From NCBI GenBank assembly GCA_018715585.1, contig DVLH01000021.1, positions 1 through 31,293 of the forward strand: a stretch of DNA of 31,293 bases, in the 5' to 3' direction. The translations under genes and the position numbers were made by a program. The number at the start of each line of letters is the position of its first letter. Within the stretch, counting starts at the first letter, position 1. Source of the stretch: Candidatus Aphodomonas merdavium. Lineage in GTDB: Bacteria > Bacillota > Clostridia > Christensenellales > Aristaeellaceae. This document shows, piece after piece, positions 9,582 through 18,714 of this stretch. The notes under the pieces were generated by a model. The model did not search any database, was not told the DNA's origin, and was given only the letters and a program-made list of their open reading frames with translations.

Positions 9582-11057
9582 TCATTCCCCCGTATCCGCC
9601 TTGACGCTCTGCGCGAGTTTGGCAAGCCATATTTCATTGACGATTCCCGTCGGTTCAGCCTGGCGGATCACCCCCAGAAGATATGCTCCCTCATCGCTTC
9701 GGTCAATGCTCACCGCAGAAAACTCCTCGCTGCCACCAATGAGGTCTACTGAAAGCAGGTTCCCATTGGACGCCAAATGTGCTAAGAATCCCGTGCGCAT
9801 GGACGGATGCGCGCCGATATCCCCATCCTGCGAAACGGTGCTTCCCAGGATGTACCAGCCTCCCATGCCGTCGCCAATCGCACCTGCCGGCGCAGACCAG
9901 CCGCTACCGCCCAGCGCCTGTTGCCACTGCAATGCGCCCGCCGCCGTCGTGCGCACCGCCCAGATGTCCTCAGCGCCATGCGTTCCGGAGACCTGTCCCG
10001 TTTTAGACTGCGTGCTTGCCAGGAACAAAAAACCACCTTCGTCCGCCGCATACAGCCCAAAGAGGTTCTCATTCGCCTCCCCGCCGTAGGTGCGCTGCAC
10101 GCTGATCGTCCCGTTCTGGCGCATTTGCAGCATCCACAAATCCATGCCGCCATGGCCTGCCGGCATCAGCGCAGAGGTGGAGTTCGTCTCTCCAGCAAGC
10201 AACCAACCGCTCTCCATTTCGCGGGCGGCCGTAACAATACTCACGCCTGTGCCGCCAAGCGTCTGCTCCCAAAGGATTTCCCCTGTGCCGTTGACGGCCA
10301 CGGCAATGGGCATCGTGCTTACGACAGGTTCCGCCCCTTCTTCCTCGCTCTCGCTAAAGACGGTCATCGTTCCCATAAAAATCCAACAATCATATTCCGT
10401 CAGAATCAACGAGAAAGCATCATCCCCCACATCGCCATAGCGGACGACCCACTGGGGCTTCCCGTCGGCCTCGCTCAGCAGCATCGCCCAAGCGTCCCAG
10501 CCGCCATAGTTCGCACCCAGGTCACCGTTGCGGCTCTTGGAGCGGCCGCAGACGAGGTATCCGCCCTCTTCCCAGAGCGTCACGTTCGTCAGCTCATCAT
10601 CGAGCGAACCGCCAAGGCATTTTGTCCATAGCAGATCGCCGTTTTCATCCACTCGCGCCAGAAACGCATCTTGCATGCCACGCGATGCACGGCACTGTTC
10701 GTCCTCCGAATTCGTTACGCCAAGCGCAAGGCAGCCACCGCCGAGCCCCTCAATCACACGCGTAAAACGCTCGTTTCCAGAACCGCCATAGCGGTGTTGC
10801 CACACCACATTTCCCTGCGCATCCACATACGCCAGATAGGCGTCCTGCCCGCCCAGCGCCTCACCGCAATCGGCCTCTCCTTCCACAAAACCAGCAAGAT
10901 ACGCTCCGCCATCGGGAAGCAAGCACATCGTTTCAGCGCAAAGGCTCCCCTCTGCTGCGATGCGGAGCGTCCAATCAAACGCAACCTCCGCCCTTACAGG
11001 TGCGGCAAAGGCAAGCGCCAAACAGGCGGTCAACATTACACAGGCAAATCGACGCAT
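9582..11057 (-). CDS. Exported beta-propeller-type repeat protein, 491 aa (start MRRFAC at 11057)
   Basis: GGAGG RBS; signal peptide ending VRA; about eight W-x-x-x-[YL]-G-G-[ST]-x-x-[DE]-like repeats. Confidence 0.8.
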   Translation of the reverse strand: MRRFACVMLTACLALAFAAPVRAEVAFDWTLRIAAEGSLCAETMCLLPDGGAYLAGFVEGEADCGEALGGQDAYLAYVDAQGNVVWQHRYGGSGNERFTRVIEGLGGGCLALGVTNSEDEQCRASRGMQDAFLARVDENGDLLWTKCLGGSLDDELTNVTLWEEGGYLVCGRSKSRNGDLGANYGGWDAWAMLLSEADGKPQWVVRYGDVGDDAFSLILTEYDCWIFMGTMTVFSESEEEGAEPVVSTMPIAVAVNGTGEILWEQTLGGTGVSIVTAAREMESGWLLAGETNSTSALMPAGHGGMDLWMLQMRQNGTISVQRTYGGEANENLFGLYAADEGGFLFLASTQSKTGQVSGTHGAEDIWAVRTTAAGALQWQQALGGSGWSAPAGAIGDGMGGWYILGSTVSQDGDIGAHPSMRTGFLAHLASNGNLLSVDLIGGSEEFSAVSIDRSDEGAYLLGVIRQAEPTGIVNEIWLAKLAQSVKADTGE

Positions 11058-11080
11058 GATCCCCTCCGGTAAAAAGTGGT

Positions 11081-11107
11081 AAAACAAAAGGGCCGCAAGC
11101 GGCCCTT
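11081..11107 (-). terminator. Intrinsic terminator of fba
   Basis: Minus strand AAGGGCCG-4 nt-CGGCCCTT then TTGTTTT. Confidence 0.75.
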
Positions 11108-11115
11108 CGCGCTTT

Positions 11116-12045
11116 TTAAGCCTTGCCGTTGCAGCCCAGCACGTCCACGATCTTATGGCGGACCATCTCGCGGATGCCGTTGCGGGCGTCCGTAAGATAC
11201 TGGCGCGGGTCAAAATGCTCGGGATGCTCATAGAGATGGCGGCGCAGCTCGCCGGTAAACGCCAGGCGCAGGTCGGAGTCGATGTTGATCTTGCAGACGG
11301 CCATGCTCGCGGCCTTGCGCAGCATCTCCTCGGGGACGCCCTGCGCGCCGGGCATGCTGCCGCCGTATTGGTTGATCATCTCCACATAGCTGGGAACGAC
11401 GGACGAGGCGCCGTGCAGCACGATGGGGAACCCGGGCAGGCGCTTGCCGACCTCCTCCAGGATGTCGAAGCGCAGCTTCGGCTCGCCGGTGAACTTGAAC
11501 GCACCGTGGCTCGTGCCGATGGCGATGGCCAGGCTGTCCACGCCCGTGCGCTCGACGAACTCCTGCACCTGCGCAGGGTCGGTATAGGACGAATCTTCCT
11601 TGGACACTTTTACTTCATCCTCCACGCCGGCCAGGCGGCCCAGCTCGCCTTCGACGGTGACGTTGAAGCGGTGCGCGTAATCGACCACCTTGCGGGTGAG
11701 CGCAATGTTCTCTTCAAAGGAATAGTGCGAACCGTCGATCATCACGGACGTAAAGCCGCCGTCGATGCAGCTTTTGCAGATGTCGAAATCGGCGCCGTGG
11801 TCCAGGTGCACGACGATGGGCAGGTCCGTATCCTCCACGGCGGCCTCGATGAGCTTCATGAGGTAGACATGCTTGGCGTATTTGCGCGCGCCTGCGCTAA
11901 CCTGCAAAATCAACGGCGCGTTTTCCTCTTTGGCTGCCTCGGTGATCGCCTGGATAATTTCCATGTTATTGACGTTGAACGCGCCGATGGCGTAGCCGCC
12001 TTCGTACGCTTTTTTAAACATTTCACGGGAGTTCACAAGGGGCAT
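11116..12045 (-). CDS. fba: Class II fructose-1,6-bisphosphate aldolase, 309 aa
   Basis: YAIGAFNVNN, VHLDHG, VMIDGS, LAIAIGTSHGAFK, LHGASS, KINIDSD; GAGGAGG RBS. Confidence 0.97.
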   Translation of the reverse strand: MPLVNSREMFKKAYEGGYAIGAFNVNNMEIIQAITEAAKEENAPLILQVSAGARKYAKHVYLMKLIEAAVEDTDLPIVVHLDHGADFDICKSCIDGGFTSVMIDGSHYSFEENIALTRKVVDYAHRFNVTVEGELGRLAGVEDEVKVSKEDSSYTDPAQVQEFVERTGVDSLAIAIGTSHGAFKFTGEPKLRFDILEEVGKRLPGFPIVLHGASSVVPSYVEMINQYGGSMPGAQGVPEEMLRKAASMAVCKINIDSDLRLAFTGELRRHLYEHPEHFDPRQYLTDARNGIREMVRHKIVDVLGCNGKA

Positions 12046-12090
12046 GACGGCACCTCCTCAGAGTTGTTATAGGTAAACCGATTTGAAAAG

Positions 12091-12119
12091 AGTATACCAA
12101 AAAGCGCTGCAAATGTAAA
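12091..12119 (-). promoter_or_regulatory. SigA promoter of fba
   Basis: TTTACA (12119-12114), 17 nt, TATACT (12096-12091) with extended TG. Confidence 0.8.
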
Positions 12120-12145
12120 GGCGTTTGCCGCTGGCACAGCTACCG

Positions 12146-13696
12146 TCACTGTTCAGTTTCTGCCATCTCATAAAGAAGCAGCAGCACGGAGGGCAGCTCT
12201 GCCAACGCCTCCTCGCCGTCCTCGGCGAGGTAAGGGAAGCTGTAGCTTTCGCCCGTCACCTCGCAGTAAACCGTCACCGCATCGCCTTCGCGCAGCGTCA
12301 CGGGTTCCCCGTCGCGCACGGCAATAAACTGCATGCTCAAATCCCCGTCGCGGGCAATCTGCACATACCACCGCTCGCCGCTTGACGAAACCTCCTGCAC
12401 AACGCCGTCGTATTGGATGATGCGCCCCACATAGCGGTCGCCTTTTTCGGCAAGGTTGGCATAGGAGAGGGATTGCACCTGGCCATCGAGGTATTTTGCG
12501 TACTCGCCCTCCTCCCAACAGCGGTTAAACGTGATGACAAAGCGCCGCTCACTGCATCCTTTTTTGCTCATCGCAAGCACGACCGTGCGCTCCCCCGTGA
12601 TGCCCTTGTCCAGCGTAAAGGAAAAATTGCCGCTGGAATCGGAATACGCGGTCTTGTTCGTCTCCCCTTCGATGCATTGGATTTTGACGCTGGCAAGCGT
12701 TTTGCCGGAAATCTTGAGCGTGGTGTCGTATACATCGCCGCTGAGGTAGGAGGTAAAGTTGACGGGGATCCAATCGTAGTCGCACGTAATCCATCCCGTC
12801 AGCGCGCTTTGGGCATACCCCTCCTTGGAGGCGACGAGCCGCAGCTGCCATTCCCCCTCGCCCGGCAGCGTCAGCGTCAGCTTGAACGAGCCGGAGTTAT
12901 CCGCCGTAGTGCTGCCCGCTTCGATCTCGTTCCCATCCGCGTCGATGAGCGATGCGGAGACGGTCGCCTGCTTTTCCGTCGTACCGCGGATGACGTTGCT
13001 CGCCTTGTTCGTCTCCTCCGGCAAGGACGCGCTCGTCGTCAACCCCACGGGCAAAAGCGGCATTTCCGATTCCTCCGCCGCAGGGAACACCGTGCTGCGC
13101 ACGAAGCTTTTAAACATCGACTGCGCCTCGTCGGTCATCTTTTCCGCGCTGCGGTATTCCAACATGAAGCGCTTGCCACCGCGCACGGTAAACGCCCACT
13201 GGCCACGCGCCACGGTCTCCTCCCCGTAACGCAGCGAATACGTCAGCCACAGCAGATATCCTTCCCCTTCGCGGTTCGTCCATTCTCCCTGCGTAAAGCG
13301 GTAGCCCGTCAACGACCAGGCGTCCTGGTCGAGAAAATCCGAACGGATATCGGAGCGCATTTGGGACGTATAGCGCGAGATATCATAGTAAAGGGCAGAT
13401 TCATCGTCCTCAGACATCATGATGCGCAGCGTCTCATCTCCCTCGGGCGAAAAGGCGATGGCCAGCACGCCTGCCGAAAGCAGGTTGTTGGCGGCAATTT
13501 CCGCGCTGGGCTCATCAAACCAGCGCATATTTTCCGCCGTCGTCTGCGGCGTGACGACCGTCCAGCCCTCGGGAAACATAGCCGTCACACCAACTTCCTC
13601 CAGCGGGAAGGGTTCAAACGCCACATCCGCCGCGGCCGGCGGTGCAATCGCACAAAGTAAAGCAAAAAGGCAGCAAAGCACAGCGGCGTGTTTCAT
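12146..13696 (-). CDS. Exported protein, 516 aa: signal peptide, N-terminal domain, two Ig-like repeats, TcdC-like OB fold
   Basis: GGAGG RBS; signal peptide ending AAA; two repeats of G.T...A.V...(T/S)D.SG.F...L; C-terminal LSYANLAE..DRYVG.....GVVQEV. Confidence 0.85.
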   Translation of the reverse strand: MKHAAVLCCLFALLCAIAPPAAADVAFEPFPLEEVGVTAMFPEGWTVVTPQTTAENMRWFDEPSAEIAANNLLSAGVLAIAFSPEGDETLRIMMSEDDESALYYDISRYTSQMRSDIRSDFLDQDAWSLTGYRFTQGEWTNREGEGYLLWLTYSLRYGEETVARGQWAFTVRGGKRFMLEYRSAEKMTDEAQSMFKSFVRSTVFPAAEESEMPLLPVGLTTSASLPEETNKASNVIRGTTEKQATVSASLIDADGNEIEAGSTTADNSGSFKLTLTLPGEGEWQLRLVASKEGYAQSALTGWITCDYDWIPVNFTSYLSGDVYDTTLKISGKTLASVKIQCIEGETNKTAYSDSSGNFSFTLDKGITGERTVVLAMSKKGCSERRFVITFNRCWEEGEYAKYLDGQVQSLSYANLAEKGDRYVGRIIQYDGVVQEVSSSGERWYVQIARDGDLSMQFIAVRDGEPVTLREGDAVTVYCEVTGESYSFPYLAEDGEEALAELPSVLLLLYEMAETEQ

Positions 13697-13720
13697 GCAT
13701 TTCCTCCATGATGCGTTCGG

Positions 13721-14980
13721 TCAGTTCACGAAATATGCGACGATTACAGGTGCGAGCGCTTCCTCTCCTTCCACCGGCAACGCATCGCCCCGGACGTCGC
13801 CGTAGATATTGTATACCTTTTCCAGTTCCACCTGGGATGCCGTCTGCAACAGCACCCAGAACGGATTGCGCCACACGCCCGTGCCCGGGTTGGAGCTATA
13901 GACGAGCGCACAGGGCAGCCCGTTCACATCGCGCATCGAAAACACTTTACCCCGCAGCGAAAGCGCCTGGCCCTGATAGGCGTCCGGGCTGGCGCAGATC
14001 TTTTCATACAGCGCCGTATCCAGCGCCTGTGCGCCGGCCTGATATGCCTTCGCCTGCTCCTCGCCCGTCAACTCGCGGCGGATTTCGATTTCCATCGTGG
14101 TCGGCTCGCGGCCTTCCGCCTGCACGGTAAGCGTATAGGCGTACACCTTCGTCTGCTTGGTGCTGAGCGTGAAGGCGTGGGAGCCGCCTTCGCCTGCCGT
14201 GGCGCGCAGCGAATCCGTAGGCGTTTTCAGCGTCAGCTCCGCGCCCGGAAGCGTCTGGATGGAAAGCGTATAGCTGTCCTCCAAGGAAATGCCGTCAAAG
14301 CCGGGCAGCATAACGGGTGTGACCACGCCGTCGTCCTCAACCGGCTGCGGAAGCGTCACGCTCTCCTCCTCCGTCTCGCCCGCAAGCGTCACGCGGTTCC
14401 CCAGGAAAGAAAGCGCGCCAAGCACTTCGATGTTTGCATCCGCCAGCGCATCCGCCCCGGCGTCCACGCCGCTTGCCGACAGGCAATACAGCGCGCCCTG
14501 GCGGACGCTGACAAGCCACGAAAACCCGACAGCAGTACCGTCCGCCTCCACGGCCCAGTCCACGCGCAGCCACTCCGTCGCTTGTTCGCTATAGGCCACG
14601 TTCTCATACGGCGCGTGGTCGTAGGAGGCAAGAAACGCATCGCGCTGCGCCTGCGTCATCAGCGCGGCCTCGGAGACCTCCTGCGCCAGCGCGCTTTCTA
14701 CGCAGTTGAGCCGCACCTGCACGCTGCCGGGCAGGAAAATTTCAAACACGGTGCCCTCCGCGGCCCAGTCCGCGCGCAGCACGTCCGCATCCGCCCCCAG
14801 GCGCGCCAGCAGTTCCTCCTCTTCCCCCAACGTTTGGGGGCAAAGCAACGTCCAATCCGGCTGCATTTCGACAAACACGCCCGCCGACGGGAAGCTGTAG
14901 CTCTGCGCCAGCGCCGCACAGGGCAGCACCAGCAACGACAGCGCCAGCAGCATGGCAATCCCTTTTCCGCCTCTGTTCAC
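13721..14980 (-). CDS. Exported protein, 419 aa, paralog of the 516-aa protein with one Ig-like repeat and a TcdC-like OB fold
   Basis: AAGGAGG RBS before GTG; signal peptide ending ALA; shared N-terminal pattern (F..P..WT...PQT) and YEKI..SPDAYQGQALSLRGKV. Confidence 0.85.
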   Translation of the reverse strand: MNRGGKGIAMLLALSLLVLPCAALAQSYSFPSAGVFVEMQPDWTLLCPQTLGEEEELLARLGADADVLRADWAAEGTVFEIFLPGSVQVRLNCVESALAQEVSEAALMTQAQRDAFLASYDHAPYENVAYSEQATEWLRVDWAVEADGTAVGFSWLVSVRQGALYCLSASGVDAGADALADANIEVLGALSFLGNRVTLAGETEEESVTLPQPVEDDGVVTPVMLPGFDGISLEDSYTLSIQTLPGAELTLKTPTDSLRATAGEGGSHAFTLSTKQTKVYAYTLTVQAEGREPTTMEIEIRRELTGEEQAKAYQAGAQALDTALYEKICASPDAYQGQALSLRGKVFSMRDVNGLPCALVYSSNPGTGVWRNPFWVLLQTASQVELEKVYNIYGDVRGDALPVEGEEALAPVIVAYFVN

Positions 14981-14996
14981 GCGCGCTATCCTCCTT

Positions 14997-16880
14997 TTAT
15001 TCTTCCACCGCAGGCAGCTCCGGCATCAGCTGGACGTTCCACGCGCCTTCGCCGTCCGCCCCTTCCAACAGCCGCGCAAACTCGGGCAGATCCGAAATCT
15101 GCGCGCTTTCCTCCCAAAGCAAAACCTCCCGCGCGTTCCAGCCGGCCACTTTGGCCGCCTCCAGCGCAGCAAAGCAGCCCGCCGTATCGCCCGCAAGCAG
15201 GCAGATCTTGGCGCGCACTTTTTCCAGCGCGATACGCCCATTCTGCGCCGCCAGGCCCGTCACCCCTTCCAGCAGCGCCTCACAGCCGCTAAGCGCCTCC
15301 TGCGCGCCGGCCGCATCGCCCGTAGAAGCGAGCAAATAAGCATAGGCAGCCATCGCCTGCAGGTTGCCCTGCGCCGTTTCCAGCGCATCTTGTGCCATGG
15401 CGAGCGCCTGCTGCGCATCGCCCACCGCGGCGGTTAAAACGGCACGGTCCATCGCAAAATCGCCGGCGAGGAAGGGGAACTTCTCGCAAATCTCCTCGCA
15501 GCAGGCAAGCGCCTGCTCGTCTTCGCCCACCGTTGCATGCAGCGTCATGGACAGCGACAGCGTCTCGTAGTAGCCGGGATACTGCCGTTCAAGCTCTTCC
15601 ACCGCCGCCACGACATCGTCCAGCCGTCCCGCTGTATAGCAGGCCACGCCCAATAGATATAAGCCGTCCGGTTCTTCCAATTCATATGCCAGTGCATAGG
15701 CGGCAAACGCGCGCGCAGCCTGTTCCAGCTGGCCTGTTTGCATGGAATATTCGCCCAGATAGCGCATCGCTTCGCCAAAGGAGCTCGTCAGCGCTCCTGC
15801 CGCAAACCCTTGTGCCAGCGCATCGTATGCCGCTTCCAGCTCACCGTATCCCTGCATGCACACGCACGCCTCATATAAGCGCGCCAAAGCATAGTACGGC
15901 GATTCTTCTCCGATTTGCGAAAGCGACTGCCGTGCTGTCTCCCAATCCGATTGATTGACCGCGATGATCGCCCGGAACAGCGCTTCGCGCTCGGCGTCGC
16001 CTTCGCTGGCGCGCTCCACCTCCGCGAGCGCATCGTCATAACGCTCCAGCATGATCAGCACATCCATGCGGAGCAGGCGCGCCTGCGTCCAGTCCGGATC
16101 ATAGCGCAAAAGCGCGTCCACCTCGTCCAAGGCCTGCGACGGCTGATACAGCCTGCGGTAGCGGATGTCAGCCCGCTCGAGCCACATGTCATCCCCTGCG
16201 CCGCCAAAGAGAAGCTTGTCGATGGTGCGGACAGCGCTTTCAAACTCGCCGCCGCACAGGTACGCCGTATAGAGCCCATACACCGGGCCGAGATTCTCCG
16301 GCCACGCCTGCGCAGCTTCTTGGTAAACGCCAATCGCCTCATCATAGCGGCACAGCCCCACAAAAAACGCGCCCCGCAGCATGCACAGCTGCAGATCCTG
16401 CGCGCCTTCCAGCATCGAAAGCGCCTCGTCGCTTTCTCCGCCATAGTACAGCGCCTCCGCCAGTGCGGCTGTAAGCGTCGCATCCTCTGGCGCCTGTGCG
16501 TACATCTCCCGCGCCAGCGGCACCATCTCCAGCGACCGTCCCGCTTCCGCCATCACCTCGACGCACTGCAAAAAGACCATGCTCTGCGCGTCCTGCGCGC
16601 CATCGAGCAGCATTTGCAGCACGCTGAAAAGCGCGTCCGCATACTGTCCTTCGGCATCGGCATAGGCCATCAGGCAAAAAGCGTCGAAAACGAGCGATAA
16701 ATCGCCGTCCTGCGCGCACTCGGCCGCCTGCCGTGCCAGCGAAACAGCCTCGGACAGCTCCTGCGATGCATACGCCTGCTCCAACAGCGCCTGGGCCTCG
16801 TCCGTCTCTTCCCCAGCAGCCACCGCCACCGTCAAAACCAACGCCAGCGCCACAAGCAGCGCAAGCAGTTTTCGCCTCAT
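14997..16880 (-). CDS. Exported tetratricopeptide-repeat protein, about 627 aa
   Basis: Signal peptide MRRKLLALLVALALVLTVAVA; many TPR-like helical pairs (e.g. YDEAIGVYQEAAQAWPEN, SQALDEVDALLRYDPDW); ATGA overlap with the upstream stop. Confidence 0.85.
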   Translation of the reverse strand: MRRKLLALLVALALVLTVAVAAGEETDEAQALLEQAYASQELSEAVSLARQAAECAQDGDLSLVFDAFCLMAYADAEGQYADALFSVLQMLLDGAQDAQSMVFLQCVEVMAEAGRSLEMVPLAREMYAQAPEDATLTAALAEALYYGGESDEALSMLEGAQDLQLCMLRGAFFVGLCRYDEAIGVYQEAAQAWPENLGPVYGLYTAYLCGGEFESAVRTIDKLLFGGAGDDMWLERADIRYRRLYQPSQALDEVDALLRYDPDWTQARLLRMDVLIMLERYDDALAEVERASEGDAEREALFRAIIAVNQSDWETARQSLSQIGEESPYYALARLYEACVCMQGYGELEAAYDALAQGFAAGALTSSFGEAMRYLGEYSMQTGQLEQAARAFAAYALAYELEEPDGLYLLGVACYTAGRLDDVVAAVEELERQYPGYYETLSLSMTLHATVGEDEQALACCEEICEKFPFLAGDFAMDRAVLTAAVGDAQQALAMAQDALETAQGNLQAMAAYAYLLASTGDAAGAQEALSGCEALLEGVTGLAAQNGRIALEKVRAKICLLAGDTAGCFAALEAAKVAGWNAREVLLWEESAQISDLPEFARLLEGADGEGAWNVQLMPELPAVEE

Positions 16881-17212
16881 AGCCATCTCTCCCACTCCTC
16901 CGGCCGGTAGCCCACCGTCGCCTCCTTGCCGTTTCTGACGATTGGCAGCACCAGCCTTCGGGGATCCTCCAGCAGCGCGTTAAAAACGGCTTCCTCCCCC
17001 GCCGCAAAGCGCGCGGGGCATTCCTTCCACGCCGCGCCCTCGCGGTCTACAAGCGCATCCAACCCCACGCGCGCCTTGACGGCCTCCAGCTCGCGCCGCC
17101 CCAGGCGCGCGCGGCCGAGGTCCACCAGTTGCACCGGCACGCGCCGTTCCTTAAAAAAGCGCTCCGCCTTTTGCACCTGGAAATTCTTTTTGCAAAAGTA
17201 AATCTGAATCAT
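16877..17212 (-). CDS. ArsC/Spx-like thioredoxin-fold family protein, 111 aa
   Basis: IQIY..KK....QKAERFFKER and PIVRNGKEATVGYRPEEW match clostridial ArsC-family proteins; overlaps the pepV stop. Confidence 0.85.
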   Translation of the reverse strand: MIQIYFCKKNFQVQKAERFFKERRVPVQLVDLGRARLGRRELEAVKARVGLDALVDREGAAWKECPARFAAGEEAVFNALLEDPRRLVLPIVRNGKEATVGYRPEEWERWL

Positions 17213-18597
17213 TTTCCTGCCAGCGCCGCAATTGCGTGCGCAAAGATGCGGATGTTGAGCATCATTTTGTCAACGGAGATATTCTCCTCCGCCTGGTGGG
17301 CCAGATCCGTCTCGCCCGGGAAGTTGCAGCCGAACGCCACCGTGTTCACCAGCTGGCGCGAATATGTGCCACCGCCGATGGCGATAGGATAGCTCTCCTT
17401 GCCCGTCACGCGGTGGTAGACATCCAGCAGCTCCCGCACGATGAACGAATCCGCAGGCACGTGCAGCGGTTCGCTGTCGTTTAGCAGCTCTGCGTGCAGC
17501 CCCGCCTCCGCAAGGCGCATGCCGATCATCTTGCAGATCTGCTGCGCACTGGCCAGCACGGGATAGCGGATATCCAGCGCGGCGCTGGCGCTTTGCCCGT
17601 TGATGCGCAAAACGCCCAGGTTCATCGTCAATTCGCCGGAAACCGTATCTCTGACGTCGATGCCCAGCCCGGCGCCGTCATACGTCATGCCAATCGTCTC
17701 GGCCAGCCGTTCGATGACGGCACGGCTGCCGCCGCCCGCGCCGATTTCCTTCAGGCACAGCAGCAGCTGGCCCGCCGCGTTTTTCGCATGATACGGGAAC
17801 GCCGCATGGCCCGTCACGCCTTTGGAAACAAGGCGCACACGCCCGGGCGCACAGGGCTCTATCGTAACGTCATATCCTGTCGCGGTGATTTTTTCCTGCA
17901 GCGCCTGCAAATCCTCGCAGCCGATCTGCGCATACGCCATGCCGGGCACCACGTTATGCCGCTCGCCCGCCTCGACGGAATAGACCGGGTATTCCGCGCC
18001 TGCCTCGCCGGGCAGCTCCGCGCTCAGCCCGATGGTGCAGATGCCCTTTTCCGTGTTGATGACGGGATAGTCCGCATCCGGCGAAAAACCAAACGCGGGC
18101 AGGTCCGCGTGCTGGCGGTAATACGCCATGTCCTCCATGCCGCATTCCTCGTCGCACCCCAGGATCAGCCGCACGCGCCGCTTGAGCGGGACGCCCGCAT
18201 CCTGCACGGCCTTCATCGCCATCAGCCCCGCCAGCGCCGGGCCCTTGTCGTCCGTCGTTCCGCGGCCGTACACGACGCCGTCCTCCAGCTGCGCGCCGAA
18301 AGGATCGTGCTTCCAGCCGTCGCCGGCCGGGACCACGTCCAGATGCGCCACGATGCCCATCACTTCGCCCGCCTCGCCCATCTCGGCGTCGCCTGCATAG
18401 CCGTCAAAGCTGCGCGTGCGGAACCCGAGCGCCGCCGCATCGGCCAGCGCCGTCTCCAGCATCTCCTTCAGCGGCGCGCCAAAGGGCGCCCCCTCCTGCG
18501 CGTCCTGCTTCTCGCTGGGGATACGAATCCATTTGCACAGCAATTCCGTCACCTGCGGGCGCAGGGCTTCCACAGCGCGATCAATTCTTTCGTTCAT
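17209..18597 (-). CDS. pepV: M20 family Xaa-His dipeptidase PepV/Sapep-like, 462 aa
   Basis: AHLDVVPAG, GRGTTDDKGP, GCDEECG, FSPDADYP, GGGTYSR, AHQAEE motifs. Confidence 0.92.
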   Translation of the reverse strand: MNERIDRAVEALRPQVTELLCKWIRIPSEKQDAQEGAPFGAPLKEMLETALADAAALGFRTRSFDGYAGDAEMGEAGEVMGIVAHLDVVPAGDGWKHDPFGAQLEDGVVYGRGTTDDKGPALAGLMAMKAVQDAGVPLKRRVRLILGCDEECGMEDMAYYRQHADLPAFGFSPDADYPVINTEKGICTIGLSAELPGEAGAEYPVYSVEAGERHNVVPGMAYAQIGCEDLQALQEKITATGYDVTIEPCAPGRVRLVSKGVTGHAAFPYHAKNAAGQLLLCLKEIGAGGGSRAVIERLAETIGMTYDGAGLGIDVRDTVSGELTMNLGVLRINGQSASAALDIRYPVLASAQQICKMIGMRLAEAGLHAELLNDSEPLHVPADSFIVRELLDVYHRVTGKESYPIAIGGGTYSRQLVNTVAFGCNFPGETDLAHQAEENISVDKMMLNIRIFAHAIAALAGK

Positions 18598-18675
18598 CTC
18601 CGCGTGCCTCCGTTTTGTTCTCGCGCCGCCAGAGCGCGTTTTTGTTCCAGCAGGATGCCATAAGCCTTTCGTTTC

Positions 18676-18704
18676 AGTATACCACCCGCCGCAAAGCGCG
18701 TCAA
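18676..18704 (-). promoter_or_regulatory. SigA promoter of the pepV operon
   Basis: TTGACG (18704-18699), 17 nt, TATACT (18681-18676) with extended TG. Confidence 0.8.
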
Positions 18705-18714
18705 ACGAGCAATT

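Noticed and set aside
9443-9637. 64-aa minus ORF in the propeller-phosphatidyltransferase gap
   Set aside because: Overlaps the propeller stop, crosses a terminator, has no RBS or recognisable features
11058-11231. N-terminal extension of the propeller ORF
   Set aside because: Overlaps fba and its terminator; the signal peptide and RBS start at 11057
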